A stretch of 64,000 bases of DNA, taken from Bacteroidota bacterium (lineage in GTDB: Bacteria; Bacteroidota; Bacteroidia; Chitinophagales; LD1). Both the position numbers and the translations under genes were made by a program. Of the stretch, positions 37,814 to 48,117 are shown in pieces. Each line of letters opens with the position of its first letter. The first letter of the stretch is position 1. The stretch lies in assembly GCA_947475165.1 (NCBI GenBank), contig CANJLD010000014.1, positions 18,519-82,518 on the forward strand, read 5' to 3'. A model generated the notes under the pieces. That model did no database searches. It was given only the letters and a program-made list of their open reading frames with translations, and had not been told where the DNA came from.

Positions 37814-37815
37814 AT

Positions 37816-40032
37816 TTAGCTATTTGCTTTACTTAAATCTTGAATGTATGCACCTTGCGCATTTACATCCCAATATTTGATTTTCATTTTATCGCAATCT
37901 TTCTTCCAGTAATTTATTTGCCAAGGTTTGTTTGAAGAATCGAAAACTACTTCACCAAACTCAATCAGCTTTTTCAAATTCTCTAAATACACTTTTGGAT
38001 TGTGCGATAGAATTACCAAGTCAACTTTCAGTTTTTGCCCCAATTCAAAATCATTTTTTTCCAAAGCAGAATCAACGACCAAAATTTTCTTTCCTTCAAA
38101 TAATATCAATTTGCCTATTGGCAATTGTTTATGGCTTACCTGAGTTTCTTCCTTCACTCCGCAATCCCACCAATGATGTTTTACGTGAAATAACATCGCG
38201 CTTTGGTCGTGCAATAATTTTTCATCAAAATCGGTCAACACTTTTCTTCCATCAATAAAAGCAATGGCTTTTTGCTTTGGAGTGCAGTAAACCACAATTT
38301 TCTTCTGTTGCGATTTTGTAATTCGCTCGTAAGAATAAAACGAACACAATCCGAATACAACGAGCAGCGATGCGATTAACCATTTTACACTCCTGAGCCG
38401 CTTTTCCGTTAGCAGGCACAAAAGAAAAATTAAAAGATAGAGCAATCCCATTTCAAACATTGTAATGCTAATTCCTTGTATGAGTGCAAATGGAATGGAA
38501 TCAATCCAGAAAATAAATTGATTTAATGTGCTCAGAAAGAAATTAAAGATACATCCGACAACTACGTTTACATAAGGAATAGTATCTACTAAAAATAATG
38601 TAGTGCCCGAAAACAAAACAAAATTACTCCACGGAATTACCACCAAGTTTGAGATAAGAAACAAGTTCGGAAACTGATGAAAGTAAAGTAAGCTAAGCGG
38701 GCAAGTGGCAATTTGCGCTGCAATAGAAACCGCAATTATTTGCCAGAAGAAGTCAACCACTTTTAGAAAAAACCAATACAAATCATAACGCAGAAAATAA
38801 AATGGTTTCAAAAACCATTTCTGTTTTTTGTATTCCGGCTCACCGGGCAATCCAATAACCCATAACGCAGAAATTTTTGGTTGTATATAAATGATTCCGA
38901 TTACAGCAAGATAACTCAAACGAAAACCAACTTCAGTTATAATAAATGGATTGAATAACATCAACAGCAATGCGCTTGCAAAAATGATGTTGTAAATATT
39001 TGTGTTCTTCGCCATCACTTTGCCAAATTGAATCATCGAGAACATCATAGCCGAACGAAGAACCGAAGGGCTTAAACCGGTAAGACAGGCATAAAACCAA
39101 ATGAAAGTGATAATGCCAATTGCTTTGACGATTTGCGATTTTCTACCTTGCTTATCCATAAAACCAAATACAAAATTCAGCATGATGAACATAATGCCTA
39201 CATGCAAACCACTTACACTCAATACATGCAAAGCTCCTGAACTTGCGTAGGCGCGGGTAATTTCACCATTCATGTAATCGTTGTAGCCTAGCATAATAGC
39301 TGCGGCAACTGCTAAATCATTTTTATCAGCAACATGTTTAAGAATGATGGAAAGAAAATACTCGCGAATTCGATAAACCTTTGCCATCAGAAAATTTCCC
39401 TGATTGTTTTTTATGAGTTTCCAATCACCGGCTTTCAGAAAAGTTCGATGATAGATATTATGAAAGCTCTGATATAATTTAAAGCTGAATTCTTCCGGAT
39501 TCTTCGGCTTATCAAACTCTTCAATCTTAGAATTGAAAACAATTACATCTCCGTAGTTTAAATCTGCATTGCTACTATCGCGCAACACATTTATTAAAAT
39601 ATTACCGGTGGTCTTTGTTGTAGTGCTTTTATTTTTTAGCTCTTCTACTTTAGCAACTACTGTTACAATTTTTGCTTTCTCTAAAGGTGGTTTAATAATT
39701 CGGGCAACAACAAAGGTTTCGTTGCCTGTATAGTTTTGAAAGTGAGTTTTAAAATTCTTATCGGCATAAAACCAAGTAAGCACATAGCCAAACGAAATGA
39801 CAAAAACAGATAGCGCAACTCCGTTTACTACTCGCAGTTTATAAACCCAAGTAATGTTTGTCAAAAAGCTGATGCCAGCAACCGTTATGAACGAAATACT
39901 CAGTAAAAAGAGTACCGGCAACAAAACCTGTTGCGACAAATGCAAGTAATCAAAGCCAATTTCTATACTGATGCCTACAATCAAGGCAACTACAATTCGC
40001 ATCATCGGTATTTGGCTCCAAAAATTTCTCAT
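37816..40032 (-). CDS. comEC: ComEC/Rec2 competence channel
   Basis: NPEEFSF, GALHVLSVSGLHVG, PSVLRSAMM, GFRLSY, YFHQFP. Confidence 0.9.
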   Translation of the reverse strand: MRNFWSQIPMMRIVVALIVGISIEIGFDYLHLSQQVLLPVLFLLSISFITVAGISFLTNITWVYKLRVVNGVALSVFVISFGYVLTWFYADKNFKTHFQNYTGNETFVVARIIKPPLEKAKIVTVVAKVEELKNKSTTTKTTGNILINVLRDSSNADLNYGDVIVFNSKIEEFDKPKNPEEFSFKLYQSFHNIYHRTFLKAGDWKLIKNNQGNFLMAKVYRIREYFLSIILKHVADKNDLAVAAAIMLGYNDYMNGEITRAYASSGALHVLSVSGLHVGIMFIMLNFVFGFMDKQGRKSQIVKAIGIITFIWFYACLTGLSPSVLRSAMMFSMIQFGKVMAKNTNIYNIIFASALLLMLFNPFIITEVGFRLSYLAVIGIIYIQPKISALWVIGLPGEPEYKKQKWFLKPFYFLRYDLYWFFLKVVDFFWQIIAVSIAAQIATCPLSLLYFHQFPNLFLISNLVVIPWSNFVLFSGTTLFLVDTIPYVNVVVGCIFNFFLSTLNQFIFWIDSIPFALIQGISITMFEMGLLYLLIFLLCLLTEKRLRSVKWLIASLLVVFGLCSFYSYERITKSQQKKIVVYCTPKQKAIAFIDGRKVLTDFDEKLLHDQSAMLFHVKHHWWDCGVKEETQVSHKQLPIGKLILFEGKKILVVDSALEKNDFELGQKLKVDLVILSHNPKVYLENLKKLIEFGEVVFDSSNKPWQINYWKKDCDKMKIKYWDVNAQGAYIQDLSKANS

Positions 40033-40080
40033 GGATATTTCAAATTGCTTTTTAAATTTAAAAACGAAAATTTATTTACT

Positions 40081-40812
40081 GTGCTATCTCACATAAATAT
40101 TTACGACCTCATTTTTATAGATATTGAAACTGTGCCTCAGTTCTCATCGCATGAACAATTGAGTTCTCCTATGAAAGAATTATGGGCGACAAAACATTCC
40201 TTCTTAAAAACGGAAAATGAAACTTCAGAAGATGGCTATTTGAAACGTGCAGGAGTTTATGCTGAGTTTGCCAAAATCATTTGTATCAGTATCGGCTATT
40301 TTCGAGTAGATAAAGAAACCAAAACACGAACTTTTCGCATTAAATCATTCTCTGGTGACGATGAAAAAATCTTGCTTGAAGAATTTGTTCAACTCATCGA
40401 CAAAAATTTTGATTCGGACAGATTTCATTTCTGCGGACACAACATCCGAGAATTTGACATTCCATTCATCTGCCGCAGATTGCTCATCAATCACTTAAAA
40501 TTTCCCGATATGCTTGATGTATCCGGCAAACGTCCATGGGAAATGTTTGATGTAGACACGCTTCAGCTTTGGAAATTTGGCGATTACAAACATTACACTT
40601 CTTTAAAAATGTTGTCGGAAGTTCTTGGCATTCCAACTTCTAAAACAGATATAGAAGGAAAAGATGTTTGTCGTGTTTACTGGCAAGAGAAAGGTTTGGG
40701 GCGTATTACTGATTATTGTCAAAGAGATGTTATTGCTGTTGCTAGATTGTTGCTCCGATTTAAAGGCGATACTCAACCGCTAAATGATGATGAAATAATT
40801 TTTGTGAAATAA
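40081..40812 (+). CDS. PolB-like/DnaQ-superfamily 3'-5' exonuclease
   Basis: FIDIETVP, CGHNIREFDIPF, DTLQLWKFG, YCQRDV (DEDDy); GTG start at 40081. Confidence 0.85.
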   Translation: MLSHINIYDLIFIDIETVPQFSSHEQLSSPMKELWATKHSFLKTENETSEDGYLKRAGVYAEFAKIICISIGYFRVDKETKTRTFRIKSFSGDDEKILLEEFVQLIDKNFDSDRFHFCGHNIREFDIPFICRRLLINHLKFPDMLDVSGKRPWEMFDVDTLQLWKFGDYKHYTSLKMLSEVLGIPTSKTDIEGKDVCRVYWQEKGLGRITDYCQRDVIAVARLLLRFKGDTQPLNDDEIIFVK

Positions 40813-40817
40813 TTTTC

Positions 40818-41525
40818 ATGCTTTCTCTCATCAAAAACTATGCATCCGATTTATTCGGATTGTTTTATCCCGACATTTGTTTGGCTTGTTCAAGAAAATT
40901 ATTGAAAGGAGAAAACGCTATTTGCTTTCGTTGCGTAGGCGAATTGCCACAAACAGAATATTGGTTGAATGCCGACAACAAATTAATGAACCGGTTTAAA
41001 GGTCGTGTTGAACTGCAAAGTGCTGCAGCACTTTTTTACTTTAAACAAGATGGACCAGTGCAACACTTGCTGCACCAATTGAAATATCGCAACCGGCAAG
41101 AAGTAGGAGAGTTTATTGGGAAAATATTTGGAACAAAATTGAAAGAAGAAAATTCTATCATAAAAAATATTGATTTGATTGTGCCGGTTCCACTCCATTG
41201 GAAAAAATTAAAGTTGCGTGGCTACAATCAATGCGACCCGTTCGCACAAGGCTTATCCGAAGTGATGAATATTCCTTGGTCGTCAACAGCTATTGAAAGA
41301 ACACACGAAAATATTTCACAAACCAAAAAGAAGCGATTCGATAGATACGGAAATGTGGCAGAAATTTTTTCTATATGCGATGAACAACAGCTAAAAGACA
41401 AACACGTTTTATTGGTTGACGATGTAGTTACAACCGGTGCCACTGCCGAGGCTTGTCTGCAAACAATTCTTAAAACTTCAGGCACCAAAGCCAGTTTTGC
41501 TTCTATTGCTGCTGCATCGCGATAG
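40818..41525 (+). CDS. comF: ComF-family phosphoribosyltransferase-like competence protein
   Basis: CxxC...CxxC, HQLKY, VPVPLH, RGYNQ, LLVDDVVTTGAT. Confidence 0.9.
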   Translation: MLSLIKNYASDLFGLFYPDICLACSRKLLKGENAICFRCVGELPQTEYWLNADNKLMNRFKGRVELQSAAALFYFKQDGPVQHLLHQLKYRNRQEVGEFIGKIFGTKLKEENSIIKNIDLIVPVPLHWKKLKLRGYNQCDPFAQGLSEVMNIPWSSTAIERTHENISQTKKKRFDRYGNVAEIFSICDEQQLKDKHVLLVDDVVTTGATAEACLQTILKTSGTKASFASIAAASR

Positions 41526-41608
41526 GGGACACTTCAGTTTTGATTGTTGATTTCCCTGTTTTTAATATCATTGTAACGCAACATATTTGAGCCTTTACGA
41601 GTAGAACC

Positions 41609-42841
41609 ATGTTGAACCGGAACTGTATTCATTTTATAGATGTGAAAACCTACTTACCTAAGGCTTGGGTATTTTCTGTTTTACTGCTGCTAAGCGCGGC
41701 TGGTAATCAGCTATTTGCCACAGGCGAGAACACTTTACCTACAGAAAACTGTATAGAAGAAGAAGTTGCCCCTTTAACCTTAGAAGAAATTTTTTCGTTG
41801 CGTGTGCGTGAGCAAATAGATTCCTTCTACCGCAAGCGCGTAAAAAACGACCACTTCAACGGCTGCGTAATGGTCGCCAAAGACGGCAAGCCCATTTACT
41901 CTGCGGCATTCGGCTATGGCAACCTTACTTTTAAAGATACCCTCAGCACACAATCTTCTATTCAATTGGCGTCTGTTTCAAAAACATTTACCAGCTCCGC
42001 CATCTTGCTTTTGGCAGAGCAGGGCTTCCTTTCCTTAGATGATTCCGTCCAAAAATACTTTCCCGATTTCCCGTATCATGGCATCACCATTCGCCTGCTC
42101 TTAAGCCACCGCACCGGTCTACCCGATTATACCTATTGGGATAAAAGCTTTACCGGAACAAGTTCAGCTTACCTCACAAACGCAGGCTTAATGAATGTGC
42201 TGGCAACAAAAAAACCGCAAGTCCGCTGCAAGCCCGACCACATGTTCATTTACTGCAACACAAATTATGCAGTGCTGGCAAGTATTATTGAAAACGTTAC
42301 CGGCATCAGCTACAAAAAATTCATGCACGATATTATTTTCTCTCCGCTCGGCATGCACGACACGTATGTGTTCTCACCGGAAGATGGTAATTGCTGCACC
42401 ATCAGTTACGATTCTCGCGGAAGAGTTTGGAAAGATTGCGCAGCGGACGGAGTGGTGGGCGACAAAGGAATTTATTCTTCAGTAGAAGATATGCTGAAAT
42501 GGGATAACGCACTGCGCACTGGCTTAATGTTGAACGAAGAAAGTTTAAACGAAGCCTACAAGCCGCGCAGCTTAGACCGGTACTCTTTTGCAAAAGACAA
42601 GAACAGAAATTATGGCTACGGCTGGCGCATGACAAAGCAACCGGATAAAAGTTACATCATTTATCACAACGGCTTCTGGCATGGAAGCAACAACGTTTTT
42701 GCCCGCGACTTAAACAACGGTTTCACCATCATTGTTCTCGGCAATAAATCGAACAATGCCAATTACTGGACTCAACCCATTTGGAATGCACTCGGACAGA
42801 TGAAAAATCTGGAGAACATTGCCGAAACCGAATTGCAGTAA
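41609..42841 (+). CDS. Serine hydrolase, class C beta-lactamase/PBP-like (paralog 1)
   Basis: LASVSKTF (SxxK), LLSHRTGL, YCN, YHNGFWHG. Confidence 0.85.
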   Translation: MLNRNCIHFIDVKTYLPKAWVFSVLLLLSAAGNQLFATGENTLPTENCIEEEVAPLTLEEIFSLRVREQIDSFYRKRVKNDHFNGCVMVAKDGKPIYSAAFGYGNLTFKDTLSTQSSIQLASVSKTFTSSAILLLAEQGFLSLDDSVQKYFPDFPYHGITIRLLLSHRTGLPDYTYWDKSFTGTSSAYLTNAGLMNVLATKKPQVRCKPDHMFIYCNTNYAVLASIIENVTGISYKKFMHDIIFSPLGMHDTYVFSPEDGNCCTISYDSRGRVWKDCAADGVVGDKGIYSSVEDMLKWDNALRTGLMLNEESLNEAYKPRSLDRYSFAKDKNRNYGYGWRMTKQPDKSYIIYHNGFWHGSNNVFARDLNNGFTIIVLGNKSNNANYWTQPIWNALGQMKNLENIAETELQ

Positions 42842-42883
42842 CCGCGCTCCACCTCCGCAATCAATTTCTTTTAATTTGCCCAC

Positions 42884-44041
42884 GTGAAAAAAGCGGTGAT
42901 TCTTTTAGTTGTAATAGCAGTTGCTGCGCTTGCCGTTATTCTCTATAAGCAAAAGAAAACTTCTCGTTTATCTCCACCGGCTGTTGTTGCGGTTGATACT
43001 TCCAGCGCGTATATCAAACAGATTTATTTTTCGCTCGATACATTCTTCACTAACAGGAGTATACAAAATGGCTTCAGCGGAAGCGTTTTGGTTTCATTAA
43101 AAGGGCAACCGGTTTACGAAAAATGTTTCGGCTACTGCGATTATAGGAACAAAGATTTGCTGACGGATACAAATTCATTTCAACTCGCCTCTGTTTCAAA
43201 AACATTTACTGCTACCGCTGTGCTTTGGTGCGTTGAACACGAATTACTCTCACTGGACGATTCACTAACCAAATTTTTCCCTCAGCTTTCTTATAAAGGA
43301 ATTTGCATAAAAGATTTGCTCTGTCATCGCTCCGGCTTGCCGAACTACCTCTATTTCTGCTCCGGCAAATGCAACAAAGGAGATTATTTGACCAACGAAA
43401 AAGTAATTGCCATAATGGCTAAAGAAAAACCAGCGATGTATGCCAAGCCGAATAAGAAGTTCGAATACTGCAACACCAATTATTTGCTCCTTGCTTCCAT
43501 CGTTGAAAAAGTTTCCGGCAAAAACTTCAAAGCGTTCATGCACGAAATATTCTTTGAACCGCTTGGCATGTCACACAGTTTTATTTACGATTACACCGAC
43601 AGCACGGATAGAAAAATTTCCATCAGTTATAATTCAAAATGGGAAATTCAACACAATGATTGCTTTGACGGTGTAGTAGGCGACAAAGGCTGTTACTCTA
43701 CCGTTCACGATATGTTTCTATGGGATAAAGCATTTTACGATGAAAAGCTCCTTTCGCAGGAAATGATGAAAGAAATGTACCTACCCCGTAGTTTCGAACA
43801 CGCGGGAAAGAGAAATTATGGATATGGCTGGCGGTTACTTCAACAGCCTGATTCTTCATACTTAGTTTATCATAACGGCTGGTGGCACGGCAACAACACT
43901 GTTTTCTATCGTCATATTCAGGATACTACTTCAGTCATAATTTTGTCAAACAAATACAATCGTTCGGTTTACCACATTCAACCTGTATTCAATATTTTGT
44001 ATGGCTTAAAGAAAGACACTGTTGGCTTTGGAGAAGAGTAA
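42884..44041 (+). CDS. Serine hydrolase, class C beta-lactamase/PBP-like (paralog 2)
   Basis: LASVSKTF, LLCHRSGL, YCN, YHNGWWHG; TTTAATTTG promoter-like motif just upstream. Confidence 0.85.
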   Translation: MKKAVILLVVIAVAALAVILYKQKKTSRLSPPAVVAVDTSSAYIKQIYFSLDTFFTNRSIQNGFSGSVLVSLKGQPVYEKCFGYCDYRNKDLLTDTNSFQLASVSKTFTATAVLWCVEHELLSLDDSLTKFFPQLSYKGICIKDLLCHRSGLPNYLYFCSGKCNKGDYLTNEKVIAIMAKEKPAMYAKPNKKFEYCNTNYLLLASIVEKVSGKNFKAFMHEIFFEPLGMSHSFIYDYTDSTDRKISISYNSKWEIQHNDCFDGVVGDKGCYSTVHDMFLWDKAFYDEKLLSQEMMKEMYLPRSFEHAGKRNYGYGWRLLQQPDSSYLVYHNGWWHGNNTVFYRHIQDTTSVIILSNKYNRSVYHIQPVFNILYGLKKDTVGFGEE

Positions 44042-44103
44042 CCAAGCTCTCACAATATACTTACCAGAGCAGCGTTTATCTATGCTTTTAATACTTTAGC
44101 ACT

Positions 44104-46443
44104 ATGAGTTTTAATTTTTCGAAATCGCTTTGGGCAAGTTTGTTTCTCACTTGCATTTCACAACTTTCTTTCTCGCAGGAGCGTGCGCTAGGCACTTGGA
44201 AAACCTTCATGCCTTATGGCAGTTCATTAGGAGTTTTCGATGCCGGAGATAAAGTTTATTCCATAGCATCAAAAACCGTTTTCTCTTACGAAAAAAGCAC
44301 CGGCACTATTCAGATTTACGACAAAGCAAATGGACTAAGCGACCTAGGAATTAAAACCGCCAACTACGACCCCGCTTCTAAAGTTTTAGCCATTGCCTAC
44401 AACAACAGCAATCTCGATTTGATTTACAATGGCACTGACATCTACAATATTGCAGATATAAAGAACAAGAATACTATCAGTGCTATTTCAATAAATGGCA
44501 TTTCGTTTTACAACGGCAACGCGTATGTTTCTACCGATATGGGCGTTTCGGTAATTGACCTTACTAAAAAAGAAATCAGCAATACTTATATAATCGGTTC
44601 AAACGGTGGTCAGGTAAAAGTTTACTCTACCGCAGTGGATGGAACAATTATTTATGCCGCCACAGCCGAAGGAGTGAAACATGCCCTGCTCAATTCTCCG
44701 AATCTTCAAAATTTCAATAACTGGATTTTGTATGATACCACACAAAACCTACCGAAGAAGAAAGCAAGTTTTGTCGTTGCCTACAACAATAAAGTGTACG
44801 CAGTAATTGCAGTCACCGGTTGCGATACTCTTTATGAATTCAACGGCAACACTTGGTCAAAAAAATATTCTAATGCGCCAGATAGCTTTACAAGTTTAAA
44901 TGTTGCTAACGGAAATCTCTATTTCTCAGTTCAAAGCACTACGGATATTTCCGGCAAGAATGGAAAAATAGATGCATCAGGAAATCCAATTGTTTCAACC
45001 TCACAACACGGAAGACCGATGGGTTGGTTTGAAAACAACAGCATTTCCTGGGAAGCGGATTTATGGGCTGGCTTGTATAAGAACAACAACGGAAATGCGG
45101 AATGGATTGTACCGGATGGCCCAAGAACTTCTGCCGTTTTTGATCTAGATGTAGTTGATGGTGTATTGAATGTGGCACCGGGCGGAGTAGATGATTCATG
45201 GGGGTTTACCTGGAATGGTGATGGCTTTTTTACTTATAAAAACAATCAGTGGAAAAACACGAACCAGTATTCATTCCCGCCAATGACATACTATACCGAT
45301 ATACTTAGCACTGCCGTCTGTAAGGAAAGAAGTAAAACATACTTCAGTTCTTTTCTATCAGGACTAATTGAAGTAGATAACAATTCCGGAACCATAAATT
45401 TATACGACTACAACAATAGTAACGGCATACTTGAGGATGCAAGTGGCGACCCCGGGAGAACAAAAATTAGTGCCTTAACTGCCGATAAAAAAGGCAATAT
45501 ATGGTTTGGTAATTCCGGTGGCACAACAAAGCCCATTAAATTGATTCCTGCTGACGGTAGTGCGTGGAAAGCATTTCCTACTCCTTATAGCATTGAAGCA
45601 GTAAAAAAAATAGTAATAGACCAGAACAATCAACTATGGGCTCCTTTGCGCGGAGCAAGTGCTACGGGTCTTTTGGTATGGAATCATAACGAAACATTAG
45701 ACGACCCTGCAGATGATAAATACACGTTATTAAGAACAGGAACCGGATTGGGCAATCTACCTGATCCGGTGGTTTACAGTTTGACAGAAGATAAGGAAGG
45801 GAATATGTGGGTGGGAACCGCTAAAGGCATTGCGGTATTTTATTGCCCGGGTAGCATATTTACTTCTAACGGTTGCGATGCCGATCAAATAAAAGTTGAA
45901 CGCGATGGATACATAGGCTATTTATTTGGAACAGAAATAGTCCGCGCCATTGCAGTGGATGCTGCTAATAGAAAATGGATTGGAACTTCAAATGGCTTAT
46001 GGCTTATTAGCGATGACGGCAAAACTGAACTTTTAAAATTTACTATAAACAACAGTCCGCTTCCGAACAATCAAATAACAGATATTGCTATAGATGAAAA
46101 AACAGGAGAAGTTTTCATTGGCACTATTGAAGGCATGGTAAGTTATCAAGGAGATGCTATTTCCGATTGCAGCGATTGTGATGCAGCATTGGTGTACCCA
46201 AATCCTGTAAAGCCGGATTATGATGGCCCTATTGCTATAAAAGGGTTAACAGATAATGCTTACGTAAAAATTACCGATGTGGCGGGAACTTTAATCTATC
46301 AGGGCAGGGCGAATGGCACACAAATGATTTGGAATGGAAAAGGATACAATGGCAACCGCGCAAAAAGTGGAGTATATCTTGTTTTTAGCTCTACCGATTT
46401 AGGAAAAGAAAAACGGGTTGGTAAAATTTTAATTGCCAATTAA
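44104..46443 (+). CDS. porZ: T9SS attachment-complex protein PorZ (beta-propeller + CTD)
   Basis: GTWKTFMPY, AVDAANRKWIGT, NSPLPNN, VYPNPVKPDYDGPIAIKGL, SGVYLVF; lies near recO. Confidence 0.85.
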   Translation: MSFNFSKSLWASLFLTCISQLSFSQERALGTWKTFMPYGSSLGVFDAGDKVYSIASKTVFSYEKSTGTIQIYDKANGLSDLGIKTANYDPASKVLAIAYNNSNLDLIYNGTDIYNIADIKNKNTISAISINGISFYNGNAYVSTDMGVSVIDLTKKEISNTYIIGSNGGQVKVYSTAVDGTIIYAATAEGVKHALLNSPNLQNFNNWILYDTTQNLPKKKASFVVAYNNKVYAVIAVTGCDTLYEFNGNTWSKKYSNAPDSFTSLNVANGNLYFSVQSTTDISGKNGKIDASGNPIVSTSQHGRPMGWFENNSISWEADLWAGLYKNNNGNAEWIVPDGPRTSAVFDLDVVDGVLNVAPGGVDDSWGFTWNGDGFFTYKNNQWKNTNQYSFPPMTYYTDILSTAVCKERSKTYFSSFLSGLIEVDNNSGTINLYDYNNSNGILEDASGDPGRTKISALTADKKGNIWFGNSGGTTKPIKLIPADGSAWKAFPTPYSIEAVKKIVIDQNNQLWAPLRGASATGLLVWNHNETLDDPADDKYTLLRTGTGLGNLPDPVVYSLTEDKEGNMWVGTAKGIAVFYCPGSIFTSNGCDADQIKVERDGYIGYLFGTEIVRAIAVDAANRKWIGTSNGLWLISDDGKTELLKFTINNSPLPNNQITDIAIDEKTGEVFIGTIEGMVSYQGDAISDCSDCDAALVYPNPVKPDYDGPIAIKGLTDNAYVKITDVAGTLIYQGRANGTQMIWNGKGYNGNRAKSGVYLVFSSTDLGKEKRVGKILIAN

Positions 46444-46448
46444 ACTCT

Positions 46449-48071
46449 TTAAAAATTTCGCACTTCGCACCACTTGCCATTTGCCTGATATAGAAAAATA
46501 TCTCCTGTTACTTTTTTCTTAAACTCAACTACGTAGGAGTAGTTATAATCATCTACATCAACTTTCATTTCATCTGTTTCGTAATCCGTTGCGCCAAGCG
46601 TATTTCTCCACCACCAGGTACCCGCACCGCTCAGCGTTACTTTTAATTGCTGCTGATTTATTTTTTCAATAATAACCGAATCTTCAAACGCATTAAGATT
46701 ATAGTTAAGCACCTCGGTAATATCCGTTTGAGGAATAGAATAATCGTTTTTGATAAAACTACCTGCAAAAGCACTTGGATATTTGTTCCGGTACATATAT
46801 GCCCCTCTGAAATTATCCGGCACGTTCAACAAATAAACATGCTTAGCATTCCACCATTTAAAATCGGTTTCTAATTTTTGTTGTAGTTCACCTGCCTCAT
46901 GCCAACTGAAATTATTTTGCCGCAGAAAAAAAATAGAAAGGAAAATAAATACTGCAGGGAAAATAAATTTTATGGAATTCGTCCATTGAAGGAATAGCGA
47001 TAAAATTGCCGTGCACAGAAATGCTACAGGCAAGTAACAATATCTATCAGCATGAATTTTTATCCAATACGGGAAATAGAGATTAAGCACCGGAAAAACA
47101 AAAAAGCAGAACAGAAGAAAGAAGAAAGCGGACGCTGCATATTTCTTTTTACGTTTTACTATTACAAATACACTTGCAATGCCAACAAGTAATAGAAAGG
47201 AAGCAAGTAAATACTCCACAGTAGTGTGCTGAATAAATGAGTAAACTTTAGTTTGAAAATCTACTCCCCAAAAGCCAGAGAACAGCAATATCTTTAGTAA
47301 GTATCTATAGGTAGCCTGAACCATTTCGGCTAACTTAAAATTCAGGTGAACGCCCGCTCCGTAATGGCCAATCAACTCTCCAAGAATTAATTGATTTATA
47401 AAATAGTAAGCCGTAAATAAAAAAACAGGCATAGTCAAAAAAATCACTTTCCCTTTTACCGACTGGCTCAATGTTCTATAGAGAAGAAGAAAAAGCAGCG
47501 CATCGGCCGGAATTAAAAACAAGCCCCATTCATGTGTAAAAACAGCCGCTCCGTACGATAGTGCCACAACAATCGCATGAGAAATTTTTTCTGAACCAAA
47601 AAAATTATACAGTGCATTAAGATGGAGAAGGATAAGACAGCCTACAATCAAATAGTTAAATGCTCCACCCCAAACTATTGCCTCGGTATGATATGGTGAA
47701 ATAAGAAAAGCTACCGTTGAAATAAAAGCAACCGTAAATGAGTGAGCGTGGTTGAATTGCTTCAACATTTTTTCTATGAAATGAAAAAGCAGGACCGCAT
47801 TTGCTGCATGAAGCGCACACGTTACTACATACCAGCCACAAACATTAAATCGAAAAATTTTTAGAAGCGCGAAGAATATGAATTTGGCAACATAATAAGG
47901 AGAAAAGCCTGTCGAAAAATTTCCTAAACCAGACCATCCGTTTTTTTGAAACTCCAATGCCAAATTGATAAAGTCGAATGTAAATTTCGAATGAATAGTC
48001 TGAATATATAAAGCGAGCGTAGCTGCAAAAAAAGACAGAAACAAAAGAAAATTTCTCAGCGACTTGTTCAT
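46449..48071 (-). CDS. Multi-pass membrane protein, GT-C/TMTC-like putative glycosyltransferase
   Basis: LHAANAVLLF, PYHTEAIVW, DRYCYLP motifs; many TM helices. Confidence 0.55.
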   Translation of the reverse strand: MNKSLRNFLLFLSFFAATLALYIQTIHSKFTFDFINLALEFQKNGWSGLGNFSTGFSPYYVAKFIFFALLKIFRFNVCGWYVVTCALHAANAVLLFHFIEKMLKQFNHAHSFTVAFISTVAFLISPYHTEAIVWGGAFNYLIVGCLILLHLNALYNFFGSEKISHAIVVALSYGAAVFTHEWGLFLIPADALLFLLLYRTLSQSVKGKVIFLTMPVFLFTAYYFINQLILGELIGHYGAGVHLNFKLAEMVQATYRYLLKILLFSGFWGVDFQTKVYSFIQHTTVEYLLASFLLLVGIASVFVIVKRKKKYAASAFFFLLFCFFVFPVLNLYFPYWIKIHADRYCYLPVAFLCTAILSLFLQWTNSIKFIFPAVFIFLSIFFLRQNNFSWHEAGELQQKLETDFKWWNAKHVYLLNVPDNFRGAYMYRNKYPSAFAGSFIKNDYSIPQTDITEVLNYNLNAFEDSVIIEKINQQQLKVTLSGAGTWWWRNTLGATDYETDEMKVDVDDYNYSYVVEFKKKVTGDIFLYQANGKWCEVRNF

Positions 48072-48117
48072 TAATTCAAATATAGCAATGCAGTAAAGAT
48101 TTAACTTAGTCCCAAGA

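Noticed and set aside
41609-44041. Antibiotic-resistance (AmpC) call
   Set aside because: SxxK/YxN motifs are shared by many esterases and peptidases; the third motif is HNG rather than KTG, and there is no mobile context.
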